This document shows positions 38,470-48,015 of a stretch of DNA of 64,000 nt, piece after piece; the first letter of the stretch is position 1; each line of letters starts with the position of its first letter. Origin of the DNA: Eubacteriales bacterium. GTDB lineage: Bacteria; Bacillota; Clostridia; Oscillospirales; CAG-272. The position numbers were made by a program, and so were the translations under genes. Below the pieces are notes generated by a model that saw only the letters and a list, made by a program, of their open reading frames with translations, was not told the origin of the DNA and did not search any database. The stretch is from positions 12,329 through 76,328 of the forward strand of contig JAZUBT010000018.1 in assembly GCA_045638685.1 (NCBI GenBank). The letters are read 5' to 3'.

Positions 38470-38997
38470 ATGAATAGGAATTTATTAATTGTCGGCGCAG
38501 GAACGTATGCCACTCTTGCTTCTGAGATTGCGGCTGACATGGGCTGCTTTGAAAAAATAGATTTCGTTGATGACGGAAGAAAAACAACTCCTATCGGAAC
38601 CGAGGTTGTCGGAACAACACGGGATATCGACAGGCTGGCGGCTGAGTATGGTAGTATCATTGTGGCTATTGGCAATCCGAAGGTCAGACTTTCGTTACTC
38701 AGCGACATAAAAGAGAAAGCTCAGTACCGTATCGTTTCACTTGTTTCTCCCAAAGCCTACGTGTCTCCAACCGCACAAATAATGAACGGCTGCATTATTG
38801 AACCGATGGCCGTCGTGCACACAGGCTGTGTTATCGCGGAGGGATGTATTATTTCTGCCGGCGCTGTTGTTAATCATGCAAGCACGTGCTGCGAGGGCGT
38901 TCACGTGGATTGTAACGCAACGGTTGAGGGATACTGCCTTGTTCCTGCGAACACAAAGATTTACAGCGGCGAAGTCTATAAAAGAAAAGATGCGTAA
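38470..38997 (+). CDS. NeuD/PglD-family sugar acetyltransferase (left-handed beta-helix)
   Basis: 175 aa. An N-terminal Rossmann-like LLIVGAGTYA is followed by hexapeptide repeats (GCIIEPMAVVHTGCVIAEGCIISAGAVVNH). Confidence 0.72.
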   Translation: MNRNLLIVGAGTYATLASEIAADMGCFEKIDFVDDGRKTTPIGTEVVGTTRDIDRLAAEYGSIIVAIGNPKVRLSLLSDIKEKAQYRIVSLVSPKAYVSPTAQIMNGCIIEPMAVVHTGCVIAEGCIISAGAVVNHASTCCEGVHVDCNATVEGYCLVPANTKIYSGEVYKRKDA

Positions 38998-39134
38998 AAC
39001 CGGCTGTTATATTCTTTAACCCGTAAAGACCGCAACCGTTTGAATAAAATTTCTAAACATACCCCTAAAAAAATCAAGAGCTTAAACCACCCCTTTGAAA
39101 ACGGAATATACTTACGAACAGGAGATTTTGCAAA

Positions 39135-39839
39135 ATGTATAAGCACGTTATTAAAAGACTTATCGACCTTATTTTATCGGGCGTTGCAATCGTCGTACTG
39201 GCGATCCCGATGTTAATCGTCGCAATCGCTATAAAGATTGACGATCCCGGACCGGTTTTATTTAAGCAGAAGCGTGTCGGCAAGAAGAAAAACGGCGAAA
39301 TTACATATTTTATGATTTGGAAATTCCGCAGCATGAAGATGTCAACCCCTCACGACACACCCACACATCTTCTTGAAAACCCCGAGCAATACATAACCCG
39401 CGTAGGTAAATTTATCCGCAAGACAAGTCTTGACGAGCTTCCACAGATATATCAAGTGTTTACCGGAAAGCTCTCGGCTATTGGTCCCAGACCGGCTTTA
39501 TGGTCGCAAGAGGATCTGATTGCGGAGCGTGAAAAATACGGGGCAAACGATATTAAGCCCGGCATCACCGGATGGGCGCAGATCAACGGACGCGACGAGC
39601 TTGAAATTGACGTTAAAGCAAGGTTCGACGGTGATTATGCCGCCGCATTGAATGCAGGTCGGTTCAAGGGCTTTGCTATGGACGTCAAGTGCTTCTTTGG
39701 TACGGTTATAAGCGTACTGAAATCTGACGGTGTTGTTGAAGGCGGCACCGGAGAGATGCAGAAGCAGGAAGAAGCCGGCAAAGAACAGGAAGAACAGAAG
39801 GATAAAAAAGAAAACGAGGTCGATACGATTCATGGATAA
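39135..39839 (+). CDS. Initiating undecaprenyl-phosphate sugar-phosphate transferase (small monotopic PGT)
   Basis: 234 aa. KRLIDLILS..., GPVLFKQKRVGK, KFRSM, SLDELPQ and GPRP are motifs of the bacterial sugar transferase family. Confidence 0.88.
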   Translation: MYKHVIKRLIDLILSGVAIVVLAIPMLIVAIAIKIDDPGPVLFKQKRVGKKKNGEITYFMIWKFRSMKMSTPHDTPTHLLENPEQYITRVGKFIRKTSLDELPQIYQVFTGKLSAIGPRPALWSQEDLIAEREKYGANDIKPGITGWAQINGRDELEIDVKARFDGDYAAALNAGRFKGFAMDVKCFFGTVISVLKSDGVVEGGTGEMQKQEEAGKEQEEQKDKKENEVDTIHG

Positions 39840-40920
39840 GAAACGCATTCTTTTTTTAGCCCAGCATTTTATCACTCTGTATTCATTCAGACGTGAGCTC
39901 ATTGAGCGGCTTTGTAAGGAAGGCCACGAAGTATTTTTATCTCTTCCCGAAGCTGACGACAACAAATACTTTGAGGATCTCGGCTGCAAAATCGTGATTA
40001 CCGATATAGACCGCCGAGGCGTTAATCCGGTAAAGGATTTAAAGCTAATTGCCTTTTACAAAAAGATGATTCGTAAAATTAGTCCGGATATTATCTTCTC
40101 CTACACAATTAAGCCTAACGTATATGGCTCTATGGTAACGAACGGTAAGTATAAACAGGTTTGTAATATAACGGGAACCGGCGGAACCTTCCTCGAAGAC
40201 AATCTGGTAGCCAAGATTTGCAAAATGCTTTACCGCCACTCGGTTAAAAAATGCTACAAGGTCTTTTTCCAAAACACCGGCGATAGGGACATGTTTGTAA
40301 AAAACAAAATGGTTAAGGACAACTGGGACATGCTGCCGGGCTCCGGTGTCAACCTTGAACAGTTTTCAGTTACCCCGTTACCTGACAGCGGCGATATAAA
40401 CTTTATATTCATTGGCCGAGTTATGAAATTAAAGGGCATTGATGAGTATTTGGAAGCAGCTAAGGCTATAAAAGAAAAATATCCGAATACAAACTTCTAT
40501 ATTGCCGGATTTATAGAGGAAGGCGAGTACAAAGAGAAGGTTGCCGAATACGGAGATGCGGTCGTGCCGCTTGGCTTTATTAAGGATATAACGACAGAGA
40601 TTAAGAAATGCCATTGCACCGTTTTACCCTCGCACGGCGGCGAGGGAGTACCCAACGTTCTTCTTGAGAGCGCCGCAATGGGCAGAATCTGTATCGGCTC
40701 GAACATTCCCGGTACGGCTGACGTAATTTCCGACGGTAGGACAGGCTATCTGTTTGAGCCCGGAAACGCCAGCAGCTTGGTTGAGGCCATAGAAAAGGTA
40801 ATAAAGCTGACGGACGAGCAGAGGAAAGAAATGGGTCTGTCCGGCAGATTAAAGGTTGAAAAGGAATTCAACCGAGAGATTGTTATACAGAAGTATGTAG
40901 ATGAGGTTGAGAAGGCATGA
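39832..40920 (+). CDS. Glycosyltransferase, GT4-like
   Basis: The ATG at 39832 (MDKKRILFLAQHF) overlaps the upstream stop. The C-terminal motif is GGEGVPNVLLESAAMGR. The track start at 39730 is an upstream extension. Confidence 0.85.
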   Translation: MDKKRILFLAQHFITLYSFRRELIERLCKEGHEVFLSLPEADDNKYFEDLGCKIVITDIDRRGVNPVKDLKLIAFYKKMIRKISPDIIFSYTIKPNVYGSMVTNGKYKQVCNITGTGGTFLEDNLVAKICKMLYRHSVKKCYKVFFQNTGDRDMFVKNKMVKDNWDMLPGSGVNLEQFSVTPLPDSGDINFIFIGRVMKLKGIDEYLEAAKAIKEKYPNTNFYIAGFIEEGEYKEKVAEYGDAVVPLGFIKDITTEIKKCHCTVLPSHGGEGVPNVLLESAAMGRICIGSNIPGTADVISDGRTGYLFEPGNASSLVEAIEKVIKLTDEQRKEMGLSGRLKVEKEFNREIVIQKYVDEVEKA

Positions 40921-41471
40921 AGGACATACTGAAAAATATAGTCGCCATTTTACGGGCAAACATTATATTTGGCTGGAAACGAATATTCGGTAAATGCAGC
41001 TACAAGAACATTGTTCGCGTTTTCAGGGGCGCAGACGTTACTGTCGGTAAGGGTGGCAAGCTCGTTATCGGAAAAGGCGTCGCCATAGGCGCGCGTTCGA
41101 TTTGTACGGTGCGCAAGGGCGCCGTTTTGAAGCTGGGCGCGATGTCTAACCTAAACAGCGACTGCAAGATAGTTTGCCATGAAAAAATAGAAATCGGCGA
41201 GAATACGATATTCGGCCCCAACGTGCTTGTTTACGACCACGATCATTTGTACGACACCGAAAGCGGCGTAAGGCGCAAAGAATATGTTTCGTCGGAAATC
41301 GTGATTGGCAAAAACTGTTGGATTGGAGCAAATACCGTTATTTTACGCGGAACTCACATCGGAGACAACTGTCTTGTCGGCGCCGGCAGTGTGGTAAAAG
41401 GCGATTTCCCCTCGGGAAGCAAAATTATCCAAAAGAGAACGGACGTTCGAAACGCGGGAGGCAAAGCATGA
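40917..41471 (+). CDS. Hexapeptide-repeat O-acetyltransferase (WbbJ/maltose-acetyltransferase-like)
   Basis: 184 aa. Repeats IGENTIFGPNVLVYDHDH...IGKNCWIGANTVILRGTHIGDNCLVGAGSVV. Confidence 0.8.
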   Translation: MKDILKNIVAILRANIIFGWKRIFGKCSYKNIVRVFRGADVTVGKGGKLVIGKGVAIGARSICTVRKGAVLKLGAMSNLNSDCKIVCHEKIEIGENTIFGPNVLVYDHDHLYDTESGVRRKEYVSSEIVIGKNCWIGANTVILRGTHIGDNCLVGAGSVVKGDFPSGSKIIQKRTDVRNAGGKA

Positions 41472-42613
41472 GGATATTTATAGCCACGGATATAAATATT
41501 ATCCTTTGCGACGGCAAGATTCTTGCAAACGGAAAGCACTCCACCATTTTAAGAAGATATTACAATGCCTTTGGTCCGATTGTTTTGTGCGCTCGATACA
41601 GCAACATTGAGGATAACCAAAAAGGGCTTAACGATATAAGTGATATTGTTGACTCAACAGTAGCGGTAGGTTCGCTTTACAGTATGTTTTTAAACAAATG
41701 CAATGCGAAAATAGAGGCTGCGATGAAGGACTGTGATTTGGTTGTTGGCAGATGCCCGTCAATAGCCGCGTACAAAGCGGCAGATATCGCAAAAAAACTG
41801 AAAAAACCGTTTTTTGCGGAATCAATGGGTTGCGCGTGGGACGCATATTGGAACCACGGTATTGTCGGCAAAGTGATTGCGCCCTATATGTTTTTGAAAA
41901 TGAAAAGCGTCGTAAAAAGAGCAGACTTTGCGCTTTACGTTACAAGTGAATTTCTGCAAAAACGGTATCCCTGTAAAAACGACAGCGTTGCGGCGTCAAA
42001 CGTTCTTATAGAAAAAATCGACGAGTCGGTTTTGAACAAAAGAGCCGAAAAGACAAATGAAAGCGTTGTTACTTTAATGACAACGGCTGCCGTTAACGTT
42101 AAATATAAAGGACAGCAGTACGTCATAAGAGCCATTCCGAGGCTGAATAAATTAGGCGTGCGCGTAAAATACGTTTTGGTTGGCGAGGGCGACGATTCGT
42201 ATCTCAGGAGCGAGGCCGAGAAGCTCGGCGTGTCCGAGCAGGTAATTTTCAAGGGCAGAATGCCGCTTGACGAGGTGTTTACGTTGCTTGACGAGGCGGA
42301 CGTTTACATACAGCCGAGCTTACAGGAAGGCTTGCCCCGCGCAATGATAGAAGCTATGAGCCGCGGTTGCGCGTGTATCGGCGCAAGAACAGCGGGAATC
42401 CCCGAGCTTATAGATGACGAGTTTGTGGTAAGAAGAAAAAGCGTTTCCGATATCGTAGAACGCATTTGTAAGTATGTAAATTTGTCAAAAGAGGAAAAGC
42501 TCCTGATTTCCAAGCGAAACTTTGAAGAAGCGAAGGGGTATCACACCTCCGTGCTTAATGAACGAAGAAACGCGTATTATACCAAAATAAAAGACAAGCT
42601 TATAGAAAAATAA
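41468..42613 (+). CDS. Glycosyltransferase, GT4-like
   Basis: The ATG at 41468 forms an ATGA overlap with the upstream stop. It carries the E-X7-E motif QEGLPRAMIEAMSRG. The track start at 41318 is an extension. Confidence 0.75.
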   Translation: MRIFIATDINIILCDGKILANGKHSTILRRYYNAFGPIVLCARYSNIEDNQKGLNDISDIVDSTVAVGSLYSMFLNKCNAKIEAAMKDCDLVVGRCPSIAAYKAADIAKKLKKPFFAESMGCAWDAYWNHGIVGKVIAPYMFLKMKSVVKRADFALYVTSEFLQKRYPCKNDSVAASNVLIEKIDESVLNKRAEKTNESVVTLMTTAAVNVKYKGQQYVIRAIPRLNKLGVRVKYVLVGEGDDSYLRSEAEKLGVSEQVIFKGRMPLDEVFTLLDEADVYIQPSLQEGLPRAMIEAMSRGCACIGARTAGIPELIDDEFVVRRKSVSDIVERICKYVNLSKEEKLLISKRNFEEAKGYHTSVLNERRNAYYTKIKDKLIEK

Positions 42614-42632
42614 GCAAGGTTGTGGAAGGTTT

Positions 42633-43748
42633 ATGAAGAAAATAATCATTTATTGCACCAGTCTTGATCGAGGCGGCGCGGAAAGGGTAACTGTTTACCT
42701 CACCGAATATCTTATCCATAACGGAATAGAATGTGAAATTCTTACCGAAAGATTCGGCAAGAATGAATATGCGGTTCCCGACGGAGTTAAGAGAGTTTCT
42801 ATTTCAAGCACAAAAAAGCCTTTTGCTTTTAAAAAGGTGAGCCTACTACGTCGCGAAATTAAAAAAAGCGGCGCTGACACCGTGCTTGTAATGGGTGTAC
42901 CGAATTGTATTTGGTTAATCCCTGCCTGTCTGGGGCTGGGCGTAAAGGTGATTGTTTCCGAGCGTAATGACCCCAAAAATTTTGCCGGTAAAAAGCCGGT
43001 CAAGATTCTTTCACGCTTTTTAATGAGATTTGCTCACGGCTTTGTGTTCCAAACCAACGACGCCAAAGCGTTTTACGACAAAAAGCTCAAAGGTCGCGGA
43101 CAGGTTATATTCAACCCTCTTATAACCGACAATTTGCCAAACGTATATGAGGGGCAGCGAACGAAAGCTATTGTTACCGCAGGAAGACTGGTAACTCAAA
43201 AGAACCAAAAGATGCTTATATCGGCGTTTGCAGACGTTTCAAAAAAGCATCCCGAATATAACCTTATAATCTACGGCGAAGGCCCTCTCCGCGAGACGCT
43301 TGAAGCACAGGCGGCAGAGCTTGGAATTAAGGATAAGGTTTTTCTGCCGGGTAATACAAGCGACCTTCTTCAGCATACCAAGAATGCGGCAATCTTTGTT
43401 CTGCCCTCTGATTTTGAGGGAATGCCGAATGCTCTCATAGAAGCGATGGCGATAGGACTTCCGTGTATTTCTACCGACTGCCCGTGCGGCGGACCGAGAG
43501 AATTGATTACGGACGGTCAAAACGGCATTCTGGTTCCGGTCAGAGACGGGGCGCGGCTAACTGAGGCAATGATACGATTAATCGAAGACCAAGCCCTTGC
43601 CCATAACATCGGGGAAAGGGCGGCCGAAATTCGAAATCGTTTGAACAGCGAGGTAATAGGACGTCAATGGATAGACTATCTGTCAGGCGTAAGCACGAAG
43701 TTGACGGGGTTCTGTAGGAGGACGGATAATAATAATGAATCGAATTAG
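42633..43748 (+). CDS. Glycosyltransferase, GT4
   Basis: 371 aa. GGAERV at the N-terminus and the FEGMPNALIEAMAIGLPCIST motif. Confidence 0.85.
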   Translation: MKKIIIYCTSLDRGGAERVTVYLTEYLIHNGIECEILTERFGKNEYAVPDGVKRVSISSTKKPFAFKKVSLLRREIKKSGADTVLVMGVPNCIWLIPACLGLGVKVIVSERNDPKNFAGKKPVKILSRFLMRFAHGFVFQTNDAKAFYDKKLKGRGQVIFNPLITDNLPNVYEGQRTKAIVTAGRLVTQKNQKMLISAFADVSKKHPEYNLIIYGEGPLRETLEAQAAELGIKDKVFLPGNTSDLLQHTKNAAIFVLPSDFEGMPNALIEAMAIGLPCISTDCPCGGPRELITDGQNGILVPVRDGARLTEAMIRLIEDQALAHNIGERAAEIRNRLNSEVIGRQWIDYLSGVSTKLTGFCRRTDNNNESN

Positions 43749-45198
43749 TAAAAAAATAATCGGCGCTATAATAGACGTGGTGGCAGCAATCATTGTCATG
43801 GTGCTATGGTTTATTTTGACGAAAAACAACAGCAACGATTTATGGCTGAAAAGCTTTCTGCTTTTCTGTATTTCCGTAGGCTATCTAATCGCATGGATAA
43901 AACGAACGCATTCTTTTAAATCACTGTTTTTGTTTTTCTTTCTTTACAGCACTCTGACGAATGCCGGACAGCTGTTTTTGTCGGTATTTTCCATCGACAT
44001 CATTTACACGTTCAGCGTTTTCGATATTACCGAAACCGCCGTTATGAGCAAGGCCATTGATTATCAGACGATATGCACTGTTTTGATGTGCACCGGCGCG
44101 CTACTCGCTCATAGGCTTCACTCTGTGCCGACGGAGGTTAAAAAACAGTCGTTTGATGAGCAGAGCGGCCTTCTCAGAAAAGAAGGCTGGTCCACTCAGG
44201 ACATGCTCTTTGTGGTTCTGGGAATCGTTTACTGTTTCTTAAACCTTATTAAACTCGGTTCAAGAGTGGATCAAGAGTATTTTGACGCTTTTAACAGCGG
44301 AGAAGTCCAAAGCGCACCGTTCCTGCTGCAGCTTGCGTTTTATATTTTTATGTATTATGCTTGCTTTACACATAGGGTAAAGGGAGATCCGTTCAGAAAG
44401 GTGATTGTAGCCGTCAATATCATGGTGGGAATATCCAACATGCTGTTCGGTTCACGAAACGTTATTATTCCTCTGGTTTTCGGAATGGTATTCCTCTGGA
44501 GCTACGATTTTAAAAAGCTCTCCCTTAAAAAGATTATCGGCATTTTCCTGCTCGTAATATTTGCGTTTTACATTTTAGGCGCGTTTGTTAATATTCGAAG
44601 AGTATCGCTTTCCGAGCTTAGCTTTTCCTTTATTATGGACTCCCTGTTTGGCGCCAGTATAGCTGATCAGCTCGTAATAAGTATTTCCGAAATGGGCGGG
44701 TCTCTGCGAGTACTAACAACCACTATTCAGGAAATTGATCAGGGAATTATAGCAAGCGAGCCTACTTTCCTCTATACGGTATTAAAGGGAATAGTACCCA
44801 AGGTGGATATTCTGGAGTTCGCGGGAATTACAGAGCCTGTACGTTGGGGGCTTTCTGTATGGATAACCGATTCGCACGGTTCAACCGCGGGCTGGGGCTA
44901 TTCCATGTATGCGGAGGCGTACTACAACTTCAAGGAATTCGGATGTATATTTATGGGTCTGTTCGGATACTTCTACGTCTGGCTTGAAAGCAAGATTGAA
45001 AAGTGGTATTTGAATGGCCATACTGTCATGGCATCAGGCTGGCTGTTTGCGGCAGCATATATCATTTTCTTAGCCAGAGCGGATAGCATACTTTTCGTAT
45101 CGCGTCTAAGGTACGCGCTGTATCTTGGCATACTGTGTATGTGTCTCCGCGGAAGAGTCCGTATTCCCGAAACAAGATTTACGATAAGAAAATCATAA
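43735..45198 (+). CDS. wzy: Polytopic membrane protein, probable O-antigen/EPS polymerase
   Basis: 487 aa with more than 10 hydrophobic segments. It sits in a locus that also carries a flippase. No strongly conserved motif is expected for this family. Confidence 0.55.
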   Translation: MNRISKKIIGAIIDVVAAIIVMVLWFILTKNNSNDLWLKSFLLFCISVGYLIAWIKRTHSFKSLFLFFFLYSTLTNAGQLFLSVFSIDIIYTFSVFDITETAVMSKAIDYQTICTVLMCTGALLAHRLHSVPTEVKKQSFDEQSGLLRKEGWSTQDMLFVVLGIVYCFLNLIKLGSRVDQEYFDAFNSGEVQSAPFLLQLAFYIFMYYACFTHRVKGDPFRKVIVAVNIMVGISNMLFGSRNVIIPLVFGMVFLWSYDFKKLSLKKIIGIFLLVIFAFYILGAFVNIRRVSLSELSFSFIMDSLFGASIADQLVISISEMGGSLRVLTTTIQEIDQGIIASEPTFLYTVLKGIVPKVDILEFAGITEPVRWGLSVWITDSHGSTAGWGYSMYAEAYYNFKEFGCIFMGLFGYFYVWLESKIEKWYLNGHTVMASGWLFAAAYIIFLARADSILFVSRLRYALYLGILCMCLRGRVRIPETRFTIRKS

Positions 45199-45246
45199 AC
45201 AACTGTACCTGTAACAAACGATTGATTGCAGAAAGGAGAATAAAAC

Positions 45247-46026
45247 GTGAAAGTTGTTATTTTAGCAGGAGGATTCGGCACCCGTATTTCCGAAGAATCT
45301 GCTTTTAAACCTAAACCTATGCTCGAAATTGGAGGTATGCCTATCCTTTGGCATATTATGAAAGGCTATTCTCATTATGGGTATAATGAGTTTGTCATTT
45401 GCGCCGGATATAAGCAACATATAATCAAAGAATGGTTTGCGGATTATTTTTTGCATACCTCTGACGTTACGTTTGATTTCACCAACGGCAGTGAGATGAT
45501 TGTACACAATAAACACGCAGAGCCCTGGAAGGTAACAATCGTTGACACAGGACTTAACACCCAAACCGGCGGACGTGTAAAGCGGATACGGGATTACATA
45601 GGTAATGAACCCTTTATGCTGACGTACGGCGACGCGGTTGGCGATGTTAATATCGAAGAATTAGTTGCGTACCACAAAGCGCACGGAGCTATCGGAACAA
45701 TGTCGATGTATAACTTTGGTCAGAACAAAGGTGTTGTCGAGTTTGGTAAGGACGGCAGAATCGCCGCATTCCGTGAGAAAAGCGATTTGGACGGAGACCT
45801 TATTAATATCGGATTTATGGTTTTTGAGCCACAGCTGTTCGATTACATTGAGGGAGACAGTACCGTCTTCGAAAAGGGACCGCTTACTCAGCTTGTCGCT
45901 GAGCAGCAATTAGTCGGATATGTTCATAAGGGTTATTGGCAGTGTATGGACACTCTGCGTGAAAAACAGCAACTTGAAAAATACTGGGACAGCGGAAAAG
46001 CTCCGTGGAAGCTCTGGGAGGACTAA
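45247..46026 (+). CDS. rfbF: Glucose-1-phosphate cytidylyltransferase
   Basis: 259 aa with a GTG start. VVILAGGFGTRISEESAFKPKPMLEIGGMPILWHIMK is a characteristic RfbF N-terminus. Confidence 0.9.
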   Translation: MKVVILAGGFGTRISEESAFKPKPMLEIGGMPILWHIMKGYSHYGYNEFVICAGYKQHIIKEWFADYFLHTSDVTFDFTNGSEMIVHNKHAEPWKVTIVDTGLNTQTGGRVKRIRDYIGNEPFMLTYGDAVGDVNIEELVAYHKAHGAIGTMSMYNFGQNKGVVEFGKDGRIAAFREKSDLDGDLINIGFMVFEPQLFDYIEGDSTVFEKGPLTQLVAEQQLVGYVHKGYWQCMDTLREKQQLEKYWDSGKAPWKLWED

Positions 46027-46028
46027 AA

Positions 46029-47078
46029 ATGATAGACTTAGCATTCTATAAGGATAAAAAGGTCTTTGTTACCGGGCACACCGGATTCAAGGGCAGCTGG
46101 CTTTGCAAGATGCTGGTTAATGCAGGCGCGAAGGTTACCGGTTTTTCTTTGAATCCGCCAACGGCACCGTCGCTCTTTGAGATTGCCGATATTGCAAGTG
46201 ATATTGATTCCGTAATCGGTGATATCAGAGATCTTTCGGCGATGAAAGCCGCGTTTGATAAAGCGCAGCCGGAGATTGTTCTTCATTTGGCTGCACAGCC
46301 CATTGTACGCGACAGCTATAAAAACCCCGTCTATACATATGAAACAAACGTAATGGGAACGGTTAACATTCTCGAATGTATCCGTAACAGCTCCTGCGTA
46401 AAATCATTTCTTAACGTAACTACCGATAAGGTGTACTTGAATAAGGAATGGGCGTGGGGGTACCGTGAAAACGAGGAGCTTGACGGATACGATCCTTATT
46501 CCAACTCCAAGTCCTGCTCGGAGCTGGTAACCCACAGCTATAAAAACAGCTTCTTTTCAGACGGACACGTTGCCATTTCCACCGCGCGAGCCGGTAACGT
46601 TATCGGCGGCGGTGATTTCGCCAACGACCGCATTATTCCCGACTGCGTGCGCGCGGCAATGAAGCACGAGGATATAATTGTTCGTAACCCCTTTTCCACA
46701 CGTCCGTACCAACACGTCCTTGAGCCGCTGTACGCTTATCTTATGATTGCGGCAAGGCAGTACGAGGACGGGCGTTTCGCCGGCTATTATAACGTAGGTC
46801 CCGACGACACAGATTGTTTCCAGACCGGTGCGTTAGTGGATTTGTTTGTCAGCAAATGGGGAGAGGGCTTAAAGTGGATTAACCGTTACGACGGCGGTCC
46901 GCATGAAGCAAACTTCCTTAAGCTCGACTGCTCCAAGCTGAAGAGCACCTTTAACTGGAAGCCGCGTTGGAATCTTGACACGGCAATCGAGAAGGTGGTT
47001 GAATGGACTAAGTGCTGGGCTGCTTGTGGCGACGTCAGAGCCTGCATGGATAAGCAGATTGAGGAGTTTTTAAACTAA
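46029..47078 (+). CDS. rfbG: CDP-glucose 4,6-dehydratase
   Basis: KVFVTGHTGFKGSWL and YSNSKSCSE (YxxxK) are present. The ATG at 46029 follows the rfbF stop. The track start at 46005 is an extension. Confidence 0.9.
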   Translation: MIDLAFYKDKKVFVTGHTGFKGSWLCKMLVNAGAKVTGFSLNPPTAPSLFEIADIASDIDSVIGDIRDLSAMKAAFDKAQPEIVLHLAAQPIVRDSYKNPVYTYETNVMGTVNILECIRNSSCVKSFLNVTTDKVYLNKEWAWGYRENEELDGYDPYSNSKSCSELVTHSYKNSFFSDGHVAISTARAGNVIGGGDFANDRIIPDCVRAAMKHEDIIVRNPFSTRPYQHVLEPLYAYLMIAARQYEDGRFAGYYNVGPDDTDCFQTGALVDLFVSKWGEGLKWINRYDGGPHEANFLKLDCSKLKSTFNWKPRWNLDTAIEKVVEWTKCWAACGDVRACMDKQIEEFLN

Positions 47079-47093
47079 GCGAGGAAAAATAAA

Positions 47094-48005
47094 ATGCAGA
47101 AAGTTATTATTACCGGCGCAGACGGCTTTGTAGGAAGCTATACAGTGGCGCATTTTCTTAAAGAGGGATGCGAGGTTCTCGCTCTTGACATTGGTGAAAC
47201 GCCCAAAAGGTTAACCGAAAAAGAAGGCTTAACCTATATGCAATGTGATATTTCAGATACTAAAGCCATGCTGCAAAAAATTCCACAAGGGATATATGAC
47301 ACATTTATACATTTCGCTTGGGCCGGTTCTGCCGGGCCTGCGCGTGTAGATTATAATCTGCAGATGCAGAACGCCCTTAACACGGTCGAGTGCATGAAAA
47401 CAGCAAAGGAGCTTGGCTGTACCCGTTTTGTGTGTGCCGGCAGCATTATGGAGTACGAGGTTGAAGCTGCAATTCATTCTCAAGGCAGCAAACCCGGAAT
47501 GGGCTATATTTACGGTATGGGTAAGCACATTGCACACTGCATGTGCAAATCCGTAGCGGTTGATATCGGCATTGAGCTGCTATGGCCGATGATCACCAAC
47601 GCGTACGGAGTCGGCGAGCTTTCTCCGAGATTTGTAAACACCACGCTGCGCAAAATTATCAATGGCGAAAAGCTTGAGTTTACGTCAGGTACTCAGAATT
47701 ACGATTTCGTCTATGTGTCGGACGTAGCAAAGGCGTTCTATTTGGTTGCAAAGAACGGAAGGCCCTTCTGCGAATACATGATAGGCAGCGGAAACGCCAA
47801 GCCTCTTAAAGAGTTCATTATAGAAATGGTTAGCGCGTGCTCCGACGATGCTGTGCCTCATTTCGGAGACGTTCCGTTTACGGGAACGAATATGCCGCTT
47901 GGTACGTTTAGCATCGCGGATATAAAGAACGATTGCGGCTTTACACCGGACGTATCCTTTGCAACGGGAACACGTATGACAATGAACTGGCTTAAAACCG
48001 TATAG
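47094..48005 (+). CDS. NAD(P)-dependent epimerase/dehydratase-family protein (candidate CDP-4-keto-6-deoxyhexose reductase)
   Basis: 303 aa. VIITGADGFVGSY Rossmann motif and YGMGKHIAH (YxxxK). The specific reaction is inferred from context only. Confidence 0.7.
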   Translation: MQKVIITGADGFVGSYTVAHFLKEGCEVLALDIGETPKRLTEKEGLTYMQCDISDTKAMLQKIPQGIYDTFIHFAWAGSAGPARVDYNLQMQNALNTVECMKTAKELGCTRFVCAGSIMEYEVEAAIHSQGSKPGMGYIYGMGKHIAHCMCKSVAVDIGIELLWPMITNAYGVGELSPRFVNTTLRKIINGEKLEFTSGTQNYDFVYVSDVAKAFYLVAKNGRPFCEYMIGSGNAKPLKEFIIEMVSACSDDAVPHFGDVPFTGTNMPLGTFSIADIKNDCGFTPDVSFATGTRMTMNWLKTV

Positions 48006-48015
48006 GAGCGTAAAA

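Noticed and set aside
39730-39831. N-terminal extensions of track ORFs. Examples: 39730, 41318, 46005, 52083, 59998, 62143, 28998, 54180 and 22011.
   Set aside because: The extensions run through the 3' end of the preceding gene or through promoter DNA. Internal ATG/GTG codons with SD sequences and family-typical N-termini give the more plausible starts listed in the features.
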